A stretch of DNA of 64,000 nucleotides from positions 16,122,001 to 16,186,000 of the forward strand of contig NC_087245.1 in NCBI RefSeq assembly GCF_037042905.1, read 5' to 3'. The position numbers were made by a program, and so were the translations under genes. The notes beneath the pieces are model-generated. The model made no database searches. It saw only the letters and a program-made list of their open reading frames with translations, and was not told the DNA's origin. Source of the DNA: Lytechinus pictus (taxonomy: Eukaryota). Shown piece by piece: positions 25,901 to 37,900 of the stretch (positions are counted from its first letter, which is position 1; each line of letters starts with the position of its first letter).

Positions 25901-28404
25901 CATTTTTCAGGTTTACCTTCCTTTAAAAGAAAAAATGTAGTAAAAAAGGATAAATGGTTCACATTCAAGATGAAAACTAATTACCAATAACTAAGGAAAT
26001 TCCATGGGTGGGGGAAAATAACGGTCATGATATCAATATAGTTAATGCATCTACAATATCGTTGGAGTTGGACCCGATGGAACTACCTAAAGAGCCGTTA
26101 TAATAACAGCTCTGAAATTGGCTGTCCAACCATGTACCTACAATGATCCAACAGTATCGTTTCATTATTCTTATATAAGTTGCTGATTATGATATACTGT
26201 GTTTTTTATGATTTCGTAAAAAACAAAGTTGGTTTGATAAGTGAAAGCAGAAAAAATGTGAGATACATTTTGACAGACGGTTTGATGGAAACCCATCTCG
26301 GAATTTAGTTATGATTTTTTTTTTCATTTTGTGACTTACACGTATATTCACAATGAGATAGCAATATTGAATCGGGCGAAGCGGACATTCTACCACTAAA
26401 CTTCCATATGAGGGGCATTTGTTCAATGTAAAAAAAATGCCTTTGTTTAGTCTTTATACCATAATTGTAAATACACGTACAGTTTATTCATTTTGTCAAG
26501 AATCCGAGCAATCATATACAACTATATATTTTCAATGATAAAATTCCGTGTTTATGATAATTCGAACTAATTTGAACTTATTTGTATAGTCAATCGAAAA
26601 ACCAATAATTATGCAAGATTTATGTTTTGATTGATTGATTATAACAATTTATTTATGCTCTCTACTGCAATAAGCCGACCAGCATTAATATTAAATGAAA
26701 GCCCGGTTGATTTGACGACTAATTTAGGTCCTATATAATAATTTTCTTGTAACTGATTGCAAATTTGTTGCACTCCCCTATGGATGCTTAAAGTGCCACC
26801 CAAACGTTCATATAATCATCTAGTCATTTCTACATCTCTTAGGGAAAAGGATAAGATGACGAGATATCGGATCTTGTCATGTCTACATCCCGTGGGATCG
26901 ATGATAAAATGACAAGTCATGTCTACATCCCGTGTGAGAGATGATAGGATGAAAAGATCTTGGATCTCGTCATGTCTACATCTTATAGAAGAGATGATCA
27001 GATGGCAAAATTTCAGATCTCGTCATGTCTACATCCTGTGGGAGAGATGATCAGATGACAAGATCTTGGATCTCGTCATATCTACATCATGTGAGAGAGA
27101 TGATCAGATGACAAGATCTCGGATCTCGTCATGTCTACATGTCTACATGACGAGATGACTATATGAACATCTCGGTGGCACTTTTAAGCTTCCAAACCCC
27201 ACCCCTCACACGTTCAAATACACACGCATAGGCATAGGACTATAATCATACGTGAATCGTGTATATAGACTTTACCTTCCTCTGACCAAGTTGACTAGTT
27301 CAGGTACGTCAATTGATTTCTCTGCAACTTGGCCAAAGTCTACTGAAACCTCGATGTGTCGGTTGGTATCTAATTCGAATCCAGCCACTTCCCTTGCTAA
27401 AGAAGCTTCCAATTTACCTAAAGATAAACGTAAACACAAAAATCATACAATCGATGACACCATGACCGTATTTTGTCACAGCAGTATATCTTGCAAACCC
27501 GCATCTTTTGAAAAAAATTAATAAATGTCCAGGCAACATTACTTGTATGTAAAAATAAACTTACGAAACATCAAACGATTAACAAGTATATATATAATTA
27601 GAATGTCCATAATCGATTTTCGTAGCGACTCTGTATGTCAGTAATAACATATTATCAGTAATGGACCACAAAACTAATTGAAAATTAATTTACATATTAT
27701 ACATGATCTGTGGGTTTTTTCTTGCAAAAACCTAGTTTGCTAAAATGTGCATGAATATACGCCTAACCTTAATAATCAGCCTATTAATTTTTCATGAAAC
27801 ATACACCGGAACGACGTCTGCTATACCCCAGACATCGAGCCCTCGCATTGTCTACACAATGTATGCACCGACGGTATGCTTCATCCACTCACTGGGGAGC
27901 ATTCCAACAAGAGTTCCGGATTATATTGCTAGGCATATATAATTATAGGCTTTCTCATCCTACTGGTTACCCATTTAACATGAATGGAGAGCGACAAAGG
28001 ACAACAGGCCGCAGTGCGTTTCGAACAAACAACCTTCTGGTTTACAAGCCGAGAGCCAGAACCGCTACGCCGCGACGCTTCTCTAAAATGATACCTTTTG
28101 CTTCGATGGTCAGCAATCTTTCGAAGTTGACGAGGTCTTTCTTGGTCGGGTCGACTTCATCAAACGTACCATCTGCCTCATCGACATCGACGATATCGGA
28201 GAGAGTGAACGGTGTCGGATACAAACGGTCTTTATTCCAGAAAAACCTCTTTTTCTTCTTCACAACAATGTGATATGGATGACAATTATCTGCATCGGAT
28301 AAACTTGGAGATGGTATGAGGTTGGACAGGGCTCTGCTGGACACAGAGTGAACAAAGTTACCCGTTGCCTGATTGAAAATGCTATGTTTATAAGATAAAG
28401 CCAT
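22966..28404 (-). CDS. GSDME: Gasdermin E-like paralogue A: pore-forming N-terminal domain only (280 aa), no C-terminal autoinhibitory domain
   Basis: Exons 28404-28095 ([21 protein letters not shown]...[26 protein letters not shown]), 27417-27276 (VDFGQVAEKSIDVPELV), 25920-25752 (KRNTLCLVV), 23187-22966 ([30 protein letters not shown]...SSN*). These match recalled GSDME/DFNA5 N-domain motifs (FAKATRNF, KKKRFWCW, FGTLRKQEVD, NEVLCV, EIPAATTIAY, GGF). TAA at 22968-22966, AATAAA at 22888-22883. Confidence 0.85.
24066..24261. mobile_element. Palindromic MITE (CACTCT...AGAGTG termini)
   Basis: ta|cactcttaaaacaaatcagtcaaa ... tttgaccgatttgtttttagagtg. Confidence 0.65.
26788..27187. mobile_element. 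TIR element flanked by TTAA, carrying a ~54 bp tandem array (same unit as 14160-15545), in gasdermin A intron 2
   Basis: ttaaAGTGCCACC..gttcatataatcatc ... gatgactatatgaac..GGTGGCACTtttaa. Internal repeats agagatgatcagatgacaagatcttggatctcgtcatgtctacatc. Confidence 0.7.
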
Positions 28405-29135
28405 TTTGAAATCAAAGGTCAGTACCAATATTAAGATATTCCCTTCTAAACGCAAAGTGAAACGTATTAAACTATTTTAGTCGCTACCAATCTATTTGAG
28501 GTCTTATCCTGGTTCTATTTTGTAAAAATAATAATTCGCAATGTTGTTTGTAGCACAATCGTGATGAGACTTCGTAAAAGTCTTCCAAAAACAAGAGAAG
28601 TATCTCCTTTTGACGTTAAATTGTCATGTATATAATGTACAAAACGTCGGATGTGATGTGTCACGTGACGCGAGATTTTCCATGAATCTACTTCAATAAT
28701 CACTGTTTCGTAGCGATAAAAACTACCAGGTGAGAAGGAAATTTGAAGCAAAAGATTTGTCTACAGATTTTTCAAAGTGGTAAAAATTTTCCTGTTTCGG
28801 AGATAAACATTTTATTGTTCTTGAGACGATCAGCTATAGGGACGATATTAATTATGATCCAAAGAGATTACAATCAAAAGGAAAGTCTTTCCAACGATAT
28901 AGATTGAACATAAAAGAGAAAGAACAAATAATTAAGGTTCGATGAATAACGGAGTAATGATTTTTTTAATGTAACAGAGTAGCAGTTCTTCCATTATATC
29001 CAGGTGTGGTATAATTTTTTTAATGTAGGCCTACTCTTTTTTTTTCTCAAAACGAATGAAAGTGATGTTATTAGTGCAGGGGACGCATAATGCCCATTTC
29101 TATCAGAAAATAATTTGTCACCCTGTTCATTTGAA

Positions 29136-29950
29136 AGGTCAAATCCACCTCAGAAAAGTGTTGATTTGAATCAATAGAGAAAAATCAGACAAGCATAATC
29201 GTGAAAATTTCATCGAAATCGGATGTAAAATAAGAAAGTTATGGCATTTTACAGTTTCACTTATTTTCACAAAATAGTTGTATATGCACAATTTAGTCAC
29301 ATGCAAATGAGAGAATTGATGATGTCCCTCACTCACTATTTCTTTTGTTTTTTATTGTTTGAATTATACAATATTTCATTTCTTTTACAGATTTGACAAT
29401 AAGGACTAACTTGACTTAACCATAAAATGTTAAACACTGGTAATTCCACATGTTCAGGGCGAAATAAAACTTTGTTTCACAGGACAATGAGGAGAAAATA
29501 AGAGTATTTCAAATTCCATATAATAAAATACAAAATAAATAGTGAGTGAGTGATGCCATCAGTTCCTTCATTTGCATACCGACCGGGATGTGCATATAAC
29601 TATTTTGTAAAATTAAGCGAAACTTTAAAATGTCATAACTTTCTTATTTTTCATCCGATTTTGATGAAATTTTCAGTGTTGTGCTTCTTGGATTTTTCTC
29701 TTTTTTATTGTTGGGATGGACTTGTCCTTTAATTAAAGGTCAAGACCACCCCAGGAAAATGCTGACTTGAATAAATAGAGAAAAATCAAACTAGCATATT
29801 GCTAAAAGTTTCATCAGAATCGGATGTAAAATAAAAAAGTTATGACATTTTAAAGTTTCGCTTAATTTTCACAAAACGGTGATATGCACAACTAGGTGAG
29901 TCAGTCGATGATGTCCATCACTCACTATTTCTTTCGTTTTTATTGTTTAA
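29136..29950. mobile_element. Kolobok-like MITE (opposite orientation to the 9856 copy) plus an adjacent partial second copy, upstream of gasdermin A
   Basis: AGGTCAAATCCACC ... GGACTTGTCCT|ttaattaa|AGGTCAAGACCACCCC. High similarity to 9856-10445. Confidence 0.8.
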
Positions 29951-32166
29951 ATTATTGGCTATATATTATCAATAGATGGCGTGATCAAAATCAATTTGGA
30001 AAAGGGACATAGAGCTGTACTATCTATAGATAAATCTGATATATAATAAATTATGAAGAAGATATCACATGATAAATGGCATATTTTTTTCACGATGGAA
30101 TTCCTTTAACCCCCCCCCCCCACTTATCCCGCCACCAGCTCACGAGTGAGTGTGTGAGTGTGCTATCCTTTTCAAAAAAATGAAATGAAATTTTAACAAC
30201 TTGTTAGCAGGTGTTTCTGATTTATTGATAATTTCAATACATGAATCATAGTAATCATAATGCATATAAAAACATACCAAAATAAAGGATAGAATTGCAA
30301 ATTCTCACGATTACATAATAGTAGTAGATAGTAGACATAATTTACATAAATATAACCAATAACAAATAATCAAAATTTAGTAGCCATCTATCATAAGCAA
30401 ACTGCTGACACATCGTTGAAAATATTATGTTGGTGATGTCGTTAATTTGCATTAAATTATAAACCCCAAAGCATTATTGATTTTATATTTCTTCATGTTT
30501 TGTGTAAATTTTTATAATAATATTTTGATATTACGTTTTTATTAAGTATTACTTTAGTCACTTTTATTATTATTTTATATATGTAAAAGCTCTGTACAAT
30601 TCAGCTCAAGCTGCGAACAGTCTTGAAATAAAATACCATTATTATCATATTGAGAATAGCAGCCAATAAATATATCGCTCTCATACATGTACGTAGATAC
30701 ATAATGGGTAATCCTATACTGAAGGTACTCTAAGACAAACTAGCTAAGATGACTGGATCGGTATTCCGCTTATTGCAGATGATATGTACTCCTTTTTCTG
30801 ACTTTTTCAGAGTCAGAAACAACTGTGCTTTCGTTAGGTGTAACATGAATTAGGGTCATTTTTTTTAGGAATAAAATAATACTTTGCTCCACTCTCGTTG
30901 GATTTCAAGAAGCTAATGTGAGAGTGAAGATGAATCAGAAACTGGGTCTATGGTGGTTTTATACGCCTCTTGTAGTAGGTCCATGTTTTCAGGAACATCG
31001 GCACTTTGCGCTCTCGCATGATCGATTTATCTTAAGAGGTGCAGATTTTCGAAAATATATCTTGCAATACCACCGATATTTACCTACAAAAATTGTGATT
31101 TTCGCATTAATTTACCCACCCCTCTTTCTTTTTTTTTACTACACCTCCGTATGTCATGATAACATACGATCCATAAATTCCCATTCTTCAATGGTTCATG
31201 ATGACTGAATTATGTCTGATGATACGGTAATGCACAAAAAAAAATCAATTTTGTGAGAAAATGCATTTTACGGAATCTATATCACGTAACCAATAGTGAG
31301 CCGTTTGCATGTGACGTCACAAAACAAGAATTTTGAAATTCCATAACTCTATCTATCTTCGATACATTCTCGCCTTAACTTCACCAATAGTGTTAACTTC
31401 ACAAGGAGAACTTCCATTTTAAACATCAAGGTGTTTGATAACAACAACGCTTATATTCAAAGATTTTTTTTTTCTTTTAGACTATAATAATATTGTATAA
31501 AAATGTTAAATTATAGATTGTTTTAAATACTTGAGCTATATCAGCGTATACAGTTAATAATATTGCGCTAACTTAATGGTGGTTGAAAACATAAATAATG
31601 TATTATCAAAGTACATGGTGACGATTATTGTAATTTATAAAATAGCTGTATCATTTCAAGCATCGCGATTGGTCAATACGCGTCACATGACATCCAACTT
31701 TTTTTGTGCACTGCACGGTAGTGCAAAAGGTGTGCAACGAAAATTGACATTGCACGCTCGAGCAAACCAGTGCGGTAGAAGTCCAACAAAACTGTACTGT
31801 AACTTTTAAAAAAATTGTTTCTGTGTTGCTATTTTATAAAACAAATAATGCACTTGCTCTGTCGTGCGTAAAAGTAAATGCAGAGAAAGCTCGGTTTCTT
31901 CAGATGGAGCACACTGGGCACTCGCCGCAAGCGGCTCGTGCACAGTGCGACTCCTATCTGAAGAAACCTCGCGTGCTCTGCATTTCCACTAACGCACTCG
32001 GCTGCATGCATTATTTGTATATCAACAAACATGGCAGAAAGTATACATTCGGCTTATATCACTGTAACAAAACGTTATATCAATCTGTTACGCTACACTC
32101 ACACAACCGAAACCGACTCCAACCCCACCAATGGTATGCCTTTCGAAGTAACGTAATATATTTTAT

Positions 32167-32585
32167 GGTAAATTGCCAATTCGCCCACTGTCGACTCGTC
32201 CACTCACCACATGGTCTAACTTCATTTCGTCTAATGCCATTCCGTCCATCAATATTTCGTCTAACATCCATTTGGTCCAATAACCATTAGGTCCAATTAT
32301 CACTTCGTCTAATCACCAGTTCGTCTATTACCATTTTGTATAATAACCAGTTGGTCAAATGCCCATTTTACTTTCCTTCATTTTGCACAATTAACACTTT
32401 TGTTTAATTAGACCAAATGGTATATGGACTAAATGGCTATTCGATCAACTGGTTATTAGACGGAATGACATTAGACTAAATGAAAGTAGACCATATGGTG
32501 AGTGGATGAACTGATGGTAGACGAAGTGATAGTAGACGAGTTGGCAATTTGGACGAATTGGCATTAGACGAATTGGAAATAAACC
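32167..32585. mobile_element. Foldback MITE made of ~16 bp subrepeats (ttcgtctaa / ttagacgaa); partial copy at 34015-34115
   Basis: ggtaaattgccaattcg ... cgaattggaaataaacc inverted ends, with mirrored subrepeats. Confidence 0.7.
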
Positions 32586-32639
32586 GATCTGATCGGTCTG
32601 GAGCCGGTTTCATTGATGTGACTCTGACATATATTTATT

Positions 32640-33240
32640 TTATTTAATTCTTTATTCATTGATATATTCATATTCCACAAATCCTCAAAGCACATTTCGT
32701 AATAAATCATTTTTACAATGAAAAGATGCATCAACTGCATAAATCATGGAGGATTGAAACGTACCAATGAAATGAAAAAGTGGAGGGGCCTACTGAAAAG
32801 CAAAGCTTGTAAGATGTAGACCCCCTTTCAAAATATTATATAAGGGTAATATGATATAAGTAGAGTAAAAATAATCAGCAAAATGATATTAATTTATATA
32901 GACATAAAAACTGTAGCACAAATGTATATACACTATATACAAAATTAAATATTGACTTTAAAATAATCAACACTACCGTGGACTCTAAACAAATATTTGA
33001 TTGAATCAATAAAAATTCAGAAGAATCTTTTTGACGAGTAATTTAAATCAGTTCAGATTAGCTGCCTCTTTCATTACTCTGTCAAGGGAATACCAGAGTT
33101 TTGATCCTGTGAAAAATACAGTTTTGCTAGAATATACTGTACTACTTTCAAGGTAAGTGATAGTCATTTGACTGTCTCGTATTATATGAATGCAAGGTAT
33201 TGTTTCTCGTAAATTTCTTTTGTAGGACATTAGGTACACT
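32640..33240 (-). mobile_element. Degenerate 3' fragment of a CR1/L2-type LINE
   Basis: Translation SKTVFFTGSKLWYSLDRVMKEAANLN*FK resembles the conserved ORF2 end (..G.KLWNSL....K...L..FK), followed by a 3' UTR-like AT-rich tail. Confidence 0.55.
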
Positions 33241-34941
33241 ATTTCTATCTAGCTGATACATGAATTGGAATAGTTAGTTGTAAGTGACACAGGTCACTGA
33301 CTCCTTATTAAGGATACGGTTCTGACGAAACAATTCATCCGTATGAGCTCTAAAGGACACATTTCATATTATTCTCAGTACTTTTTTCTGAAGTAGCAAA
33401 TAAGTTATTTTAATTCTGAAACCTACAATATGAAAAAAATATATATATTAATATATATATTACAAAAACAGGAAAACAAAACAAATACTGAAGTAATTTG
33501 AATTAATACATAAAAATAATAAATTAAGTATAATGATAAGAACTTACATTATCTTTAAAGTGTTTTTTAATCCTTAAATTAAACTCATTGTCATGTGCTG
33601 AAAACTTGATACAAAATCACAATGTAGTACTTAAAGACAGATAGCCTTGTTGAAATATTCAATAATATCAAAGCAGTAGTGGCAACAGATAAAATAAACT
33701 TTCTAATTCATGTATTTCACTATTTTGAGTTCAACAGTTTACATACTGTACTTTTCTGTATATACAGAGTGCATTATCTAAGATAAAACGAGTTACAGTT
33801 GTTTGTCATCAGATGTATATCTTGCAATTCTGCCTGATCACTAACATTTTTAGTATATTTATATTTACACTACTTAAATGATGAGTAAGGCTATAATCGA
33901 ACCTAAATTTGGAAAAATTTACAAACTTTACCAATATCCTGATTTGGTGGTAGTTATGACTAACATTTCAATCAGGATGCGACATGAATTATACAAGATT
34001 CATCTTTGTGCCCAATAGTCATTTCGTCTACCATCAGTTCATCCACTCACCATAATGGTCTACTTTCATTTAGTCTAATGCCATTTCGTCTAATAACCAG
34101 TTGGTCGAATAGCCGACAAAGTTAAATTAGGTTACTAGTAGGGAGAGAGAAACCTTTTGGTTTGTTTGCCTGTTGAGACATTATAACAAAAATTAGAATA
34201 AAAGGCAAAAATATGTTAATATTAAATCCTGATATTTTATCAAGGTCGTCTGCTCTGAAGTTTCAAGCGTGACAATTTTGATATTAATCTGTGTTCATTT
34301 AGAAGAAAAAAAAACTTCTCGAATCCCTTTTTGATAATATATAAAATATTTTTTTCTGATTTTGGATAAACCTAAATCTGTGCTACGTTTAGATCATAAT
34401 CTAATGAATAATGCAATTAAACTGTTATTAAAGTTACCAATATGGTGAAGGCATATTACGTTTTCGTGACATATCATAATTCATGAGGCTTCAGTATGCA
34501 AATTAGTTAACCGATGATGTCATATTGAGATTGATGTTTGGCAGGCTTATGTCACAAAAGCCGACATATACGACTTACAGCGTTCAGTTGGTTATAATTA
34601 CACATGTGAATCTATACTGAAACACTAAAGATGGTCACTGTGGTCCAGCAATAAATTATTTTGTCATTTTCATCAACGTTACTAGCAAGAGATGGCACAC
34701 TGCAATGCCAACGCGGCAATGCCTTTGTTCTTCCGACCCCGTTCAAATTCAGTGTTAGAAATGTACAGTTTCATATCTGCATTAAAAACAAAACGTTTAG
34801 CTTTACGAATGGCAAAAAATTGCTTGAGTTAAACCTTGGTTCGAAATATTAATAGCTGTCTTTTAAACACGTTTCTTTATGTTGTAAAAAAATGTGGTAT
34901 GGTGTAAAAATGTATCAATTTAACGCATTCTACAAGATTTT

Positions 34942-37900
34942 TTAGTCCCAGAGGGCGCACATGATGACAAGCAACCCATACGGGCTGAGATCATCCTCTT
35001 TCGTTTCCGTAGAATGGTAGGAGAGGAACCAATCTCCACCTGTTCTCTCTAGCTGGAGCCCCAAGCTAAACACAAGGCACTCTGCCCGCCTGGAACCAGC
35101 GAAGAGATCGCTAACAATCGGTTGGTCCAATGGCAGTCTCCCCGCCGTAAGTGTTTCCGCTAGCTGGTAACAAAATTGATTTAAAAAAAATAAAACTTTC
35201 ACATCAATGAAAAGTTTTCACATCGTTATAAATACTTTTACATCATCAGAATAAACTTTCACATCATCATAAGAAAATAATAAAACAAATTATATATGAT
35301 AATCAGATAAAATTATACTTTCACATCATTAGAAATATAGTTGAATGTTTAAATCTGAAGTACGTAGGTTCATTTTAGGAATCAACTTAAAGATTGTATT
35401 CAGTTATTTTCAGAGTGTAGATAGAGTTGTAATGAGTGAAAACCTTCATTTTGCAGTTTATTTTTTTAAATATGAAGAAAAAAAAATGGAGCGGTGGTGT
35501 CCTTAAATAAAACGTTAATTCTGTCGTATATTATAAAAAGTGGGTCAGTTTTTCATCCATATAAGATGACCCCCACCCACTTCCATCCTCATATCTACAT
35601 TTAAATGCAAGTGTTCTTCAGCATAAATGATAATAATAAGGTATTTTCATTTATTTTCATATTTCTTATTTTTGATTCACATAAAAAACAGTAACAGTAA
35701 TGCATAACCATTGAATTATAGACAACTGAATAATATACAATTAACATAATATAATGATACAATCAGTCGAGTTGTAAGGTAAAAGTCAAAGAAATCTGAT
35801 GGGACCTAAATAAATACTAGCTTGATAAATTGCTTGTGTTTTGAAAAGGAGAGGGTGGAATCTGCGATATATTGAAAAGCGTGGCCGCGAGATCCACCAT
35901 TATCCGATTATTCGAAATACTAAATACCAGCAAAACACGAATTCTTCTTACCACTTTAATAATTGACCGTTTCTCCTCTTCTGAACACTCGAACAATATT
36001 CTTCCCTGGTCTTCATTTAATGCTTGAATAGAAAAATTAATGAAATAATACAAATATTGATAAACAATGGATGATAAGCAATGAATGAATAATACAAATA
36101 TAAATAAATAATTATTTCCAAATTTTCTTTACAAAATAATGATAAAGAAAATCCCTCCCTAACAAGCAAATCCCTCGAAATTCCTGCTGTACGTGGAAAG
36201 ATAATTACTCTAACAAAAGTACTCAAATAAAAATACTTCATTAAAAGTACTTTAATTGATGTGACGTCATAATAGGTGGAATATGTGTCATATTTTTTCT
36301 GAGCAACTTTGCTATGGGTTTTTTTACCATGTACACATGGTAAATTTCTCTGATCTTAATATTCAATCTTGGTTGTGCACATTCACAGTCTGTAGACCTT
36401 TGAATGATGGTACAGGTATGTGTGTGACGAGGGTGTAGATCTAGAGCTTGTGTGGGGGAATCATAATCTTCATTCCTCTTTCTGGCAAGCCTTACCCTCA
36501 CCCTGAAGGGAACACTCCGGACACCCTGGGACCAGATGTACTTGTTTGGAGGGTGTTGTTTGTCGCAAACTTTATGACAGCCTCCTTCGTTGCGAAAATT
36601 ATAAAACAATTGCAATTAAATTATTAATTAATTGACCCGTTAAAGTGTCTTGAAATGAATGAATAAAATGATTACATAATGAGGTATTCACCTATGCAAA
36701 TGGTAGAATAGTTGTGAAAGTATTCTTCGCATATATCATGTGCTTAAAACAAAAAAATACTTACAACCCATTAGATCCACTAAATAGGACGTACAGACGA
36801 GGATGTTACTTTCATCTCCAGTCGGAAATACTATGTTCTCCTTCTATTAATATCATGTAAGAAACAAAACAAACATGAAATCACGATGGTGCGTTTTCTC
36901 CCATCTTCATGACATTCAAAGAAAATCTACCCTTTATCCTTTGTTTGTTTGTTTTATTTCCGTGTACATAGTACAAAAAACATGAAATGATAGATGTCAA
37001 GGTCGCAGTACAGTAAGAATTAATAAGGATAAAAAAGTAAATCATACGGCTGGTAGTCCATATTCAGTTGCAATATCATATTGCTGCTGGTCTTCCATTG
37101 GAGCCAGTTTACTTGAATAATAGAAATGATTACCATAGTTGTATAGGAAGCTGACCAATAATAATAATAATAAAACATTTTACATAGCCCACATCTACTC
37201 AACATCCTAAAATCCGAATTATTTATTGCACATCTCATTATCATTTTCTCCCTCTTCCTCCATAAACCTTGGGTTAAAGAAATTGGTCTTTTCTCCTTCC
37301 ATTTTTTCTTCTTTTTTGGGGGGGAGGGGATGTTTGGTTCTTTCATTTGCTTTTCTTCATCCCTGTACCTTTTCATCATCGATGCTATTCCCTTCTCTAT
37401 TTTCCCCTTTTTCTTCTCTCTGCTTTCCGAAAGCATACAAATTATCATATTTGCAACTGAAATCCCAGTCAGTCGATTAACTAAGCTCTTCAAAATGAAA
37501 AAAACAACAACTGGGGCCTGTTGCATAAAACTTTTCACCCGAGAAAACTCTGGTTAAAACTGAAAACTAAGGTTAGTCTGATTTCTGCCATTGACTTTAA
37601 CACAGGGCAAAAACTCCGGTAAAAACAACCTGAGTTTTTTCAGGTAAAAAGTTTTATGCAACGGGGCCCTGATGAATAGACAAACCTCGAAACTGAAGCC
37701 CGCCACCTGTAGGTAAGGTTTGATATCATTGAGATCGGGACAGCCGAGCTTCTCTTTCATCATCTCCCATGTCGTCTGCTTCCCTCCTTCTCCGACAAGT
37801 AAAGCATTCAGTGCGACCTGCAGCTGTAAAGATGGAAAGGGGAATTTATTTCAATAGCAATATGGGTGCAGGTTGCTGCCAGTTCCTCCTATTTAAAAGG

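Noticed and set aside
26850..27160. Regularly spaced repeats resembling a CRISPR array (also 14160-15545 and 57195-58300)
   Set aside because: Units are degenerate tandem copies without unique spacers, there are no cas genes, and the context is eukaryotic.
27794..28273. + strand ORFs of 159 aa here and 123/61 aa at 44123-44494
   Set aside because: Antisense shadows of the gasdermin first coding exons.
22966..28404. Calling copy A pejvakin (PJVK) or a simple pseudogene
   Set aside because: It is a close paralogue of the adjacent full-length gene, has no cysteine-rich C-terminal extension of the pejvakin type, and shows no frameshift or internal stop in the pore domain.
31576..32290. 77-155 aa ORFs between the gasdermins
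   Set aside because: They overlap repeat-derived sequence, with no splice-consistent exons or domain motifs recognised.
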